Assembly (NCBI GenBank): GCA_964016885.1
Contig: OZ024742.1
Span: 220,286,001 to 220,350,000 of the forward strand
Length of the DNA: 64,000 nucleotides
Reading direction: 5' to 3'
From: Eledone cirrhosa
Lineage: Eukaryota
Made by a program: the position numbers and the translations under genes. Positions 29,267 to 42,482 of the stretch are shown one piece after another; within the stretch, counting starts at the first letter, position 1, and each line of letters starts with the position of its first letter. The notes beneath the pieces were generated by a model. That model did no database searches, had not been told where the DNA came from, and saw nothing but the letters and a program-made list of their open reading frames with translations.

Positions 29267-32200
29267 GTATATATATGTGTGTGTGTGTGTGTTGGACCTC
29301 CATCAGTACAGACAGTGTATTGTCTAATCAACAGAGCAGCCTGCTCACATAAAATTGAGACTTAGATGGCTGAGAATTCAACAGACATCTGTATCCTTTT
29401 TGTAGTTCTCGGGGAGATTCAGTGGGATGCAGTATATGACAAGACAGGCTTTTCTAATTACAGGAACACACTAATTTTTTTGTTGTTTTTTTTCAACTGG
29501 ACTGGAGCAACATGAAATATAGTCTCTTGCTCAATAACACAATGTACCACCAGAAATCGAACTCTCAAACTATGATCACCCTAACCCTTATGCAACACAC
29601 TTTCATATCCCGTCGAGGTTAACTTTGCCTTTCATCCTTACGGGGTCGATAAAATAAAGTACCAGTAATGCACTGGGTAATTGCTGGCCTTGTGCTTAAC
29701 GTAGAAATAATTATATATATATCGATGGATTGGCAGTATCAGTAGAGAGTCGGACGCCATGCTTTGACGCATAGAGTTACGGCCTTTGCCATTCTGAGTT
29801 CAAATCCCGCCGAGGTTAACTTTGCGTTTCATCGTTACAGGGTCGATAAAATAAAGTACCAGGAATGCACTGGGGTAATTGCTGGCCTTGTGCCAAAAGT
29901 AGAAACAATTATATATATATACATAAATGTAAGTATGTATGTATACGTACATGCATATATGTATACAGACGTACAGTAGTATGTATATATATATACATAC
30001 ATGCACACACATATATATATGCACGTATCGGTTTACTGAACATTTATTATAATGCTCGGTTTGTTTGTAAACAAACAAACAGCCCGAATTACGCCGTACA
30101 GTGTTTAACACTGACACAGGAACGATGTACTAGTTTCAAGCTTATTAGCTATCGTCAGTATCGTATACCTTCCTGCCAGATGGTTGAACGTCTGAAAGTA
30201 TATACTTTCCTTATGCCTATTAACGGCTGAGCAGCCTAATTTGCATATCAAGTTAGTTTAGTCGGCCAGGCACACCGAAAACGATAAATGGAATAGAAAG
30301 TAAGTGCCGTACTAAGAGTGAGAAATGAAATTTCGTTTCATTCTATTCCATTTATCGTTTTCGGTGCGCCTGGCCGACTAAACTCACTCGATATGCAAAT
30401 TAGGCTGCTCAGCCGTTAATATGCATAAGGAAAGTATATACTTTCAGACGTTCAACCATCTGGCAGGAATGTATACGATGCTGACGATAGCTAATAAGCT
30501 TGAAACTAGTTCATCGTTCCTGCGTCAGTGTTGAACAAAAAGGTGACGTGGTTGCCTAAACACTGTACGGTGTAATTCGGGCTGTTTGCTTGTTTACAAA
30601 CAAACCGAGCATTATAATAAATGTTCGGTAAACCTATACGTGCATATATATATGTGTGCATGTATGTATATATATACATACTACTAAACGTCTGTATACA
30701 TATATATATGTACGTATACATACATACATACTTACATTTAAGTAACTGCCGTACTAAGAGCGAGAAATGAAATTTCGTTTCATTCCATTCCATTTATCGT
30801 TTTCGGTGCACCTGGCCGACTAAACTCACTCGATATGCAAATTAGGCTGCTCAGCCGTTAATATGCATAAGGAAAGTATATACTTTCAGACGTTCAACCA
30901 TCTGGCAGGAAGGTATACGAAGCTGACGATAGCTAATAAGCTTGAAACTAGTACATCGTTCCTGTGTCACTGTTGAACAAAAAAGGTGACGTGGTTGCCT
31001 AAACACTGTACGGCGTAATTCGGGCTGTTTGTTTGTTTACAAACAAACCGAGCATTATAATAAATGTTCGGTAAACCGATACGTGCATATATATGTGTGT
31101 GCATGTATGTATAAATATACATACTACTGTACGTCTGCATACATATATGTATGTACGTATACATACATACTTACATTTAAGTAACTGCCGTACTAAGAGT
31201 GAGAAATGAAATTTCGTTTCATTCTATTCCATTTATATATACATATATATATGCATATATATATATATAATATATATACATATATATACATATATATATA
31301 TACATATATATATTATATACATATATACATATATATATAGCTGCAAAAGGCTTCTCCCTCAAAATGAAAGGCAGACTGTATGATGCGTGTATTCTAACAG
31401 CAATGTTACATGGTAGTGAGACCTGGGCGCTGAAGGTGGAAGACATACGTAGATTAGAGAGAAACGAAGCCTGCATGCTCCGATGGATGTGTAACAGTAA
31501 TATACGCGAACGACAAAGCATAAATGAATTGAGAGAGAGACTGAGCATAAGAGGTATCAAATGCTGTGTGCAGGAGAGGCGGTTGCGTTGGTGTGGACAT
31601 GTGATGCGTATGAAGGATGACAGCTGCATAAAAAGGTGCAGAGCACTAGGAGTCGATGGAAACCACGGAGTGGGGAGACCCAAGATGACCTGGAATGAGG
31701 TGATAAAAGCCGACCTTACCCAATTACACCTCTCAAAGGCGATGACACACGACCGTGACCTCTGGCGTCACGCAGTAATACAGAGTACCCGACCTCCCAT
31801 GGGTACAAGCTGAAGCATATAGACAATATGCCCTACACCCTTCCACTGCAAGATGGTCGTGGAGGTGCCACGGCAAAAAAGTACCCAGCCCACACTGTAA
31901 AGTGGATGTGTAGGCGCCACGAAAAAGCACCCAGCACTCACTGTAAATCAAGCCAAATCAGTTCCTGTATGAGCAAGGCATGGTCAGCCGACCAGACACT
32001 GCCCACAACAGGACAACCCGTCTAACCCATGCTAGCATGGAAGAACGGATGTAAAACGGTGATGATGATGATATACAAACAAACATATATATTACTATAT
32101 TATGATAATCAGTGACAATCAACTGACCAACAATGTTGTAATCAGGTGGAAGCACTCAATCATGGATGCCACAATGTATTACGTATATGGCATCAGATGG

Positions 32201-35200
32201 AATATCAATATTAAGAAAAGGAAGAGAAATGGTATCATATATTGAACATCAGATTATTCCATTACATCATCCTGTTATACACATTTCAAAAGCATCAAAA
32301 GGTCATTATTCAACAATTATTCAATGTGATATGGTCAGAGAGGAAGTTCAAATGTAAATGAAAATATAGTTTATTTTGTTTTTAATATGCCTGCCATTGA
32401 AGACGTTTTTACATCTCAATGCCTGGCATTAATATGACCATTTAACAACAGTATTTGTATACATGATCTAAATATGACCTTTTGACTACTGTGTCTGTAC
32501 ATGTGACCTTAACATGGCCTAAAATTGACTTTGCCCTGATCTAGTCACAAACTTGGACTTAGACTTTTGGCCTAATGTGTTTGTACAAATAACTTAAACA
32601 TGCTGATATGAAGGCGGCTTTATGTATGTCAAATATTAATCTCACTAAATTGCTACAAAGCAATATTGATTTAACACATTCATGCACAAACATGCACAAA
32701 GTTTGTTATTGAGGACTGGAGTAGGGCTGTAGATTGGTGGAAGTGCTAGTGCTGGATGAGAATTTGTTTGAGGTCTTTGCATTCTTAATTCAAATCATGC
32801 TGTGACATTCCTTTTTGGTAAATTTAAATTGCCTCCACCTGGACCTTGTGCGCTTTTAGCAAAGTCCACTCTGTTTCAAACATTTAGACTGAGTGTCCGG
32901 CTTGAGGAAACTTTCTCCTTCCCATTAGTCTCAATATTCCCTCTCTGATTAAACAATAAAAATAAATCTGGTGCTCTAAACAAGGAACAAGGCTTTTTTT
33001 TTTAACAGAGAAATAATAAATCCAATTGAAATCAATACCATTATTTGACTAAATGAGAAAAATCTGGTGTTAACCTTAGTGAGATTTGAACTCATGACTT
33101 CATCATTAAATGCTGGTCTCCTTTTTCAACAATCTCATCCACATTACACATATTTTGTTGTTAAAATTTGACATTGAAGTTTCTCATATTGTATTGATCC
33201 TTTACGGATGAAAGTCGATATCAGTTATAGAATAAAGTAATATTGATCTTAATAATATTTTTTATTGATTTTAAGTTTATCGACCTAAAAATACGAACTA
33301 ATAATAAAAAAAAAAGCCGACCACAGCAGGATTTCAATTCAGTCTAGTGGAAACGAACAATGTAATACATTTAGTCCGATACTTTGATATTACTCATAAC
33401 TTTCTCTGTCAATTCAATATTGATTTCTTACAGAAAGAGGGGATCGATCAACACGATCCGATTCGCTCACTGTGTGGGGTGGAACTAATTAAATGTTTCT
33501 ATTGGTCTTTCCATTGCTGGTACTATCTACCAGTCGCTACTCCTGGCAGAAGGAGCAACATGAAATAAAATGTCTTGCTCAAGGAAATAATTCATCGCCC
33601 GATCCGGGAATCGAACTCGCAACTTCACGATTGTGAATCCAATTCTCTAACCACTAAGCCACGTGCCTTTACAGAGCTAAAAGGTTTAAATATTTTTTAA
33701 AGAAAACAAGAATCAATTCCATTTCTTGATTGCTACACATTGACTTAAGATGAATGATACATGACACCCCCAGCCGCCATTCCTGTCAGTCCATTGCCCT
33801 CCAGTATAAGTATTGTTGTTGTTCTATGGCCCAAGGTTAGCACCCATCCTGTAGATCTATGTTCAAAATTGTTCCAGTTGTGACCATCGTATTTTATTTG
33901 TCTAAGACTACGTCATCCTAATGTATATTTCTTTCATTAAGTTAGTGGGTTGTAATGAGAGGAAGATTTGGCAGCCATTTCTAGTAAATCAATTGAATAT
34001 GTCGAAACATCACAGTTGGCTCGTCCACTATTATTGATTCATTGCTTTGCCAAATGGTGCCACACTTGCAAGAAATTGTTATAGTCAATCTGACTATATT
34101 TACTTCAATCGATTTCTGTGTGGTGACAGACAAAGTCGTTGTCAGTTTGATTTGAAACCATAACTTGTAATGTAAAGGAATGTAACTAAATAGAGCAAAA
34201 CAATCTGTTCTTGGCTGCTCTAATATCGTGTTCAAGTAGCATTAACAAAATTTGGAAGCAATATAATAACATAGGGAGTGTGGATGTGAGGTTGTGAAGA
34301 AATTGGAGTGAATCTTATGCTAGATGAAATCAGATGAAACAGAAAGAAAAAAGTGGAAAAATTGAAATGTAAAAAAAAGGCGATGACTTACAGAACCTTG
34401 AACGAAATCAAGTAACAATGTTTTGAAATCACTTTTATTTTTGTTTAAAACATAATTCTCGGAACATTGCATCGCCTCCTCTATCTGAAGTGATCTATTA
34501 AAACAAAAAAGGTACAGAGTTATACATACATACATGTATTTACATAAACACACACACAAACATGTATAACATATTTCCCGGCGCCGAAGACGCTTCGTCC
34601 TCGAGGACGCACCCTAACTTTGACAACCAAAAATTTGAAAAAAATAATGAACAACCTTTGGCTTCCAGGACGCATGGTAGATTTTGGAGATTTATTTTAT
34701 GAAAAAAGTAGCATCTTCAAAGACGTATATCATCATCATCATCATCGTTTAACGTCCATATTCCACGCTTGCATGGGTTTGGACGGGAGTTTTCCCACTT
34801 GAGGCAAGAGTGTTTGTCTTGCTCGCATAGGACTATCTGGCGGGTTTTCTACAGCTGGATGCTCTTCCTAACACCAACCACATTTACAGTGTGGGACTGG
34901 GAGGTTTTTACCGTGTTACCTACATGGCCACATTACAGCGTGGACTGTGTGTTTTTTTTGTCGTGACACCTACACGACCTCATTTGTTTCGGCCTGGATG
35001 TTGTGGCACCAACATAACTTTACATTGAAAGGGGCGGTGTGGATGGGGTGGGGTGGTGGGACGGGGGTATGTATATACATATATACATATATATACGTCT
35101 TTGAAGACGCTACTTTTTTCCTAAAATAAGTCTCCAATATATATATATATATATATATATATGGAGGAGGTTATAGTTCACTTGAAGCATTGTGTAATGA

Positions 35201-36231
35201 GGTATAAACGTTTGTATATGTATAATAAAGCCAAAACAATGCAGGTATGGACATAGAATAAAGAATGCAAATGCAAAAGATATTGTTGACAATTTGTCTT
35301 TTACCTTAGATTTATTTAAATGTCCTAAATTTTCGAGATAATATCTCTTCTTTAGAGGGAATAAAGTTGTCAAACCAGTGTTCTAAAAAGCTAGCCAAGT
35401 CATGCCTCTAAGGTAAAAGACAAATTGTCAACAATATCTTTTGCATTTGCATTCTTTATTCTATGTCCATACCTGCATTGTTTTGGCTTTATTATACATA
35501 TACAAACGTGTATATATATATATATATAATTGCCTTTAAAGCGTAACCTTCCGTATTTGCTGCGGTGATGGAATGCGGTTTCTTATTTTGGTATCACTTC
35601 TGTTTTTAGCCTAAGAAAATATCTATATGCGTGTGTAATTAATACACGCATACATTTATTTTTTTTATTTCAATTGAGTTCTTAACACGTTGGGTTGATA
35701 ATGTTTTTGAAAAAACTAATTAACCCGAGTGTATATTATTTTTTTCTAATCTCGTGTATTGTGGTTGTCTCCCCTTCCCGCTTTGTGACGCTATGAAACT
35801 TCCTCAGTCAAAAAACTGCTGGAATTTCAAATTTGGCGGTCATTCGATGTGTGAGGGAGCAGCTTAGCAGACACGATTTTTAACTGCGGTAAGAAATTTT
35901 TTCTTATATCAAAATTTAATGGGCTTCCACTGAAGATTTATAAGTGCCCACCTAAATATATTCTTACATGAATATATGTTAGGCTTCTACATAAACTGGA
36001 AACATTCTCCCAATGTGTAGAAAACTTATAATGAAACAATTGTTTGGAAAGAGAGATATATTTTAACTTTAATTATATCTCATAAAATAATACAACTGGC
36101 TTTCCACAAAATACATATAGTTAGCACCCCAAACACTTAAATTGGGTTATACTAACATATAACCTAATGTTTGTTGAGTGAGATGGTTACCAGTCGGATT
36201 TTAGCGTTAAGCTTTCTCTGTTATTGTATTA

Positions 36232-36308
<77 letters not shown>

Positions 36309-36479
36309 TATGTATACGTACATACATATATGTATACAGACGTACACTAGTATGTATATTCATACATACATGTATATACATACTAGTGTACGTCTGTATA
36401 CATATATGTATGTACGTATACATACTTATATTTAAGTATCTGCCGTACTAAGAGTGAGAAATGAAATTTCATTTTTTCC

Positions 36480-36546
<67 letters not shown>

Positions 36547-37266
36547 TGTAATAAACAACATAAGGCAATTATTCCATTTACCAGTGGTTTCTTAAAAGCA
36601 AAAGGTTTTGCTTTCAATCATCAGAATGAAAAAATCCTGGTCTGCTTATTTAAAAAGTTTTGCTTTCAATCATCATAAATATATATATATACAATATGTT
36701 GAGAAGGTAACACACTGGAGAGAGAAAGAGAGAGAGAGTGTGTGTGCCATCAATAAAACAGGGAAAACGACCAGTGTATGGAATCTATAAGCTATGGAAG
36801 GCAGGGTAGACACAATAATTAAAAATATAAATTAAAATGTATATACGCACCTCTATAACTATATAACACACGTGTACAAATCCAAAGAGATCTGTTTCGC
36901 CAGGAAGTTGTTGACTGAAATGGAATAGCCTATGGGTCATCAGCGCGTGCAAGACTATACATTCCAGACAACTCTAAGAGAATCTAAAGCGACCGTCCAG
37001 CTACACATGGCAGAGAGATGTCACGGCGTGTTTAGGGCAGTGAACCAGTGGTATCTGAGGGACGAGCTGCTAGAAAGGGCAGCCCAAAAACCACTCAAAG
37101 TAGTGTGCTTAACCAAACAGAGAGAGAGGGGAAAGACTTATAAGGAGCGAAATATCGCGATAAATTAACGGAGCCATAGACTCTCGTTATTCCCTGTCAA
37201 TAATGTCCTCAAAGGAAAAGGAATCCTGAGCTGTTTAAAATACAATATGTTAAAAAGGTAACACAC

Positions 37267-37352
<86 letters not shown>

Positions 37353-37797
37353 GCCAGCCATCAATAAAACAGGGAAAACCAGCAGTGTATGGAATCTAAC
37401 AGTCTTTCCTCTTTCTCTGTTTGGTTGAGCACACTTCTTTGAGTAGTTTTTGGGCTGCCCTTTCTAGCAGCTCGTCCCTCAGATACCACTGGTTCACTGC
37501 CCTAAACACGCTGTGACATTTCTCTGCCACGTGTAGCTGGACGGTCGCTTTAGATTCTCTTAGAGTTGTCTGGAATGTATAGTCTTGCAAGCGCTGATGA
37601 ACCATAGGCTATTCCATTTCAGTCAACAACTTCCTGGCGAAACAGATCTCTTTGGATTTGTACGCGTGTGTTATATAGTTCTAGAGGTGCGTATATACAT
37701 TTTAATTTATATTTTTAATTATTGTGTCTACCCTGCCTTCCATAGGTTATAGATTCCATACACTGGTGGTTTTCCCTGTTTTATTGATGGCACACTA

Positions 37798-37875
<78 letters not shown>

Positions 37876-38131
37876 GTGTGTTACCTTTTCAACATATTGT
37901 ATTTTAAAGAGCTCAGGATTCCTTTTCCTTTGAGCACATTATTGACAGGGAATAACGAGTCTATGGTTCCGTTATATATATATATACATTTTAAACTTAG
38001 CTCCGTTTAAATGATTATTTATCTAGTTAATTTCTATGGACTAAGGAGAAGAAAAATTGGATATATTTTGTCTGACTGTTCTTCAAACTTATAATTATAT
38101 ATATATATATACAGAGAGAGAGAGAGACAGA

Positions 38132-38218
<87 letters not shown>

Positions 38219-41200
38219 TCCGGAGTACTTGATGCATGGGGAGATGCAGAGTGGGTATAGAGATAAGTGAAATCCCAACTGCAGAGCCAAGCAGTTTTGG
38301 CTTTTATGTTCAGCAAGCCTTTTCCTTACTGAACACACAAGCGACCGAAACCGCTAGGCGCAGTGGTCAGGATTGTTAAACAAGCAAAACCAGAATCTGG
38401 GGAGTAGTATCTGTCCCTCTCCTTCTCCCTTTCTTTCGTTACTTGATCCTTTTTCTTTTTCTTTTTTTCATTTTCTTTATCTTCCCTTTTTGTTGTTCCC
38501 ATTAACATACTAAGTAGTTATGACTATTTCCTTTCATTTGTAAATAATAAATAAATAAATGTTTAAACTTTTAAAAAAAATTATATTTATATATATAAAC
38601 ACATCAACACAAATATTTGGTATCTGATGTCGCTAAAGTAGAGAAACTTTGATAAATTTTGGTGACATTGTTAAAAATAGTTCTTGTGTTATTAACATAT
38701 AGAATGAAATTATCACAAAAGATCCTTCTGCTCTGGCAGAAAACAGTCCACTGGCAGTTGGAGCGCCCTATTTGGAGCCTAGAGCACATCGACTTGCTAA
38801 GGGTTCCCTGGACAATGGCTTCCTTTGCACCTATTAAATCCAGTCCTGGGCTACCTATAATGGAAGCCATTCTGTTGCAAACATTTAAGGTCAGTTAAAC
38901 GATCGTAGTATAACTTCCTTTCCTCTCATCAGTCATCGAGTGCCATTACATCAAAAATAAAAACATTGTGCCAGAGGTGTAACTAGAGTATGACAAGGAT
39001 ATCACGTGCCGTGGGCCCTACATGGTCACCACTTGGTCTAGGAGCACTCTCTATTAAAGTGTAACTTTGACTACATCATAGACAGATTTGCATCAGTAAA
39101 AGCAAGGACGATGCAGTTGCAATTTTTATGTATTGTTTTCAATAAAAAAAATTAACGAACACGATTGGTATTTTTAAGCTGATTTTATGATTATCTGCAA
39201 GATGGGTGTCATGTTTGGGTAGGGGCACAATTTCACTGCTTACTATAGGCGCTACTTACCCTAGTTACGCCTCTGCATGGTGTCAAATCTCTATTTTACA
39301 AGATAATTAAGGAGACGACACATAATTCCTGATGGAATTGTAGGAGTGCCACCCTCTCACCTGGGTATATAAAACTTAGTAGAGCCATTCCCGCTCTAGA
39401 TCTGATCACTTGATTTATTTTCCAGTAAAGGAGAAGAGAAAGCGATAGAAAGTGATATGGAGAGATAGAGGAAGAATCGATCCCAGTATTGATAGTTTAT
39501 TTTTCAACAGCAAAATGACGAAAGTCAAAGTTTACCTCAATAGGATTCGAATTCAGAGTGTAGTGAACTGGAATAGTTATTGCGTAATCTAACACCCCTA
39601 TAACAGCGACACTTGGTTGTATGTACAATATTTATTTACAAAGATTGAGCTGAGTAGAGCTGAATAGCTGACATGCCAAGAGAGATGAAACAATGAATTA
39701 ATGATTTCAGAAGACACGGTCCACTGGCTGAAGTGTTGCCAGGCCGTGGTTAAGTTGTTGTGTTACATGTTGGCTAGTGATTTCACGACGAAAGAAAGTT
39801 AGGTGTTTACCTTTTCACAGACAGGAAGCGAGAGGCTGATTCTTCAAATCAACGCGGGAACTTTTCCCTCGGGGCGCGAGGAGATACATTCTCTTCTACT
39901 GGCGCTGATTGGCTGAGCTGAGCCAAATCACGCACAGAGAATGTATGTGAGCCCGCAGAATGTAGGTCACTACACCCCTAACGACTCTGTCAATTCGCCG
40001 TCCTCTCAAGTCAATTACTCAACCTATATTTACAATTCATCTAGAAGAACCACGTCATGCAAATATGTTTTCGGCTATAATTAAAATATCTTTCAAATAA
40101 AAAAAAATCAAACTCGCCCACAAACAACGTGAGAAGACAAAAATACACGTCTTTCCACTAACCTTTCGCTAGTTCTATACATATATATAGGATACATACG
40201 TATATATACATACACACACACACACACATTCAGTTATGAATGCACACATATACTTACGTAAACCTATATATATATTATAAATATATACTGTATATATTAT
40301 AAACACATATAAATGTACAAATATACACTTATGTATACTATATACATACAGGCACATATAACACACATGTATGTATTTCTCTCAATCTTTCTCTCTCTCT
40401 CTCTCTCCCTATATATATATATATTTATATATATATATGTGTGTGTGCGTGCGTGCGTGTGTGTGTGTGTGTATACATTCATACATACACATATCCATAC
40501 GAGCAATGACAGCTGCCACTAAAAACAACAGCAAAGTAAAAATATTATCAATAGCCTCTCCCCGTCTATTGCAACAGCTGCTGCCGACAACACCAATAAA
40601 GACTGGACCCGCAAGAATCACACGGACATTAGTAATGTCAACAACAACAACGACAATCACTGCAACAACCCAAATTAACTCATTCGTTTCCTCGTTTCTT
40701 AGAGCACGTGCCTTAAGCTCAGACAATGCAACCACGGCGTTTCACGTTTAAGAAATGGTCTAATGCCATTCACACCGCTAGGATCTCGGTTGCAATGCCA
40801 CTCCTAATCGCCACTTGTAATTTAGTTACTACTCCCCCCACACCCCACTCCATTCTATTTTTCCTATCGCTATTTCTTCACAAAATGCTATTGATTCTAT
40901 TCTAATCGCTCTCTTGTTCGCGAACACCACCTGTTCATGACGACTGACCCTGTCAACCATTGTTTAACAAATGTGCTAATCCGGTCACTATAAGCATTAT
41001 GTGCCGGAAATCATTAAGCTTCCAGTAACTGGGTCCCTGTCTTCATGTTCTATCTAGGTTCACCATGCAGATCACGAATTTGTGGTCTGAATAGGCGACT
41101 ATTCGAAATTGTGGACACCCTATGGTGTCCCTATCTGCTAGTCTAATCAAAAACTATCTAAATACGATCTAGATGACCCTATTATATTGGTCCAGGTCAA

Positions 41201-42400
41201 CACTGGTGCATTCGAGAAATTAGAAGAATGATGGTGGGCGGGGGTGTCGAAGCCTCAAGAACCTGATCAGGCAGTTATAATTGCCTGATTAGGTTCTTGA
41301 GGCTTCTACAACCCCGCCCACCACCAACACTTTTATTAGCTACTCCTAACTGTCCCAACATGCGTCCAAGCTACCGTTCCAATCCCCTGCTATCAGTAAA
41401 GGTTGAGACGTTCCTAGAAAATCTTCCAGATGCCTGAAGAAATCCAGCCGTCCTGCCCCAGTCGGGGCATAAACGGTCACCAGTCTAAAAGCACCACCTT
41501 CACCATCGCTTACATCCAGGACCACCATCTTACCACCCGCCTCCCATTTGAGGCCAACAAATAGATGCGTAGATCTCAAAGTTGTCAAAAATTTGGGTCA
41601 GAGCACGTGTGTCGGAAATCCTGATGCCACTGTCAGCTGTCACATCCATAACTAGTGACTTGAGGTCGTTGAAGAAGCGACATTTCTTCCAGAATGACCC
41701 CAGGTCACGTACATTTATACATCCCATTCTTCGAATTGCCATGTTGGCTGGATAGAGTTGAGAGAAAAAGAAATGAGTGGGGATTACTTACCCGCCCACC
41801 ACTCTTGGAGATCGAGTGGCTTGACCTCGATGTCTGATTGGGAAACCTTTTTAAAAGCCTATTTATTGCATTTGACGTTAGGAGTTCCCAGATCGTAAGG
41901 GAAGCTCTCCCTAATTTTCTTATATTTTTTATGGATATGCGTTTCCGGCACTTTAAGTGTGCTGGTTTCAAAGATCTCTCCCTCTCTCTCGATATCCTCA
42001 CTTCGTGTTACGACATTATTTTTTGGATTTCCTTCCTTAGTAAGACGATGTTTGGTGTTTGCGGGGTTATTTGCTGTTGTGTGCCTGTGTGCTTTCTTTT
42101 TGTTGTGGTGATTTGTGGTTGTAGTAATGTTAACTGTAGTGTCGATGGTGGTTGTGTTGTCAGCTGGGTTGGTGGTGGCGTTGGGGTTGTTGCAGGTGTC
42201 TCTGTGTTTGGTCTGGTGTGTGCTTTGTGTTTTCTGGAGTAGGTGATGGTGTATGGCAGAGTGTGTTGTTTGGTTTATTTAGTCTTTTTTTTTTTTGCTT
42301 TTTTTTTGTTACCTCTTCTACTACACTGGGAGATGGGGAGAAGTTTGTGTCTGACAAAGGTAGAGGTGGAGGTTTGTTTGTGTCTTTGTGTTTAGAGCAG

Positions 42401-42482
<82 letters not shown>

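Larger units (their letters stand above)
29924..31236 (+). mobile_element. Hammerhead-bearing retrozyme-like element: inverted monomer (29924-30298) plus ~2.1 tandem ~440-bp monomers (30305-31236), inserted in (TA)n
   Basis: gccgtactaagag recurs at 30306, 30748 and 31187; one hammerhead per monomer; no coding ORF. Confidence 0.85.
36690..37974 (-). mobile_element. Hammerhead-bearing retrozyme-like element: ~1.3 tandem 551-bp monomers (36690-37398) plus an inverted monomer (37400-37974), in (TA)n
   Basis: acaatatgtt recurs at 36691 and 37242; 37400-37974 is the reverse complement; internal (GA)n; hammerhead in each full monomer. Confidence 0.85.

Noticed and set aside
36932-37605. Paired 78-aa and 69-aa ORFs ([16 protein letters not shown]...)
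   Set aside because: Antisense to the ribozyme in a recent inverted duplicate, with no recognisable domain; the similarity reflects the duplication only.
38604-38898. Overlapping 79-aa and 88-aa ORFs as extra TMC exons
   Set aside because: No TMC similarity or convincing splice sites; the 44489 and 34494 exons already join in phase.
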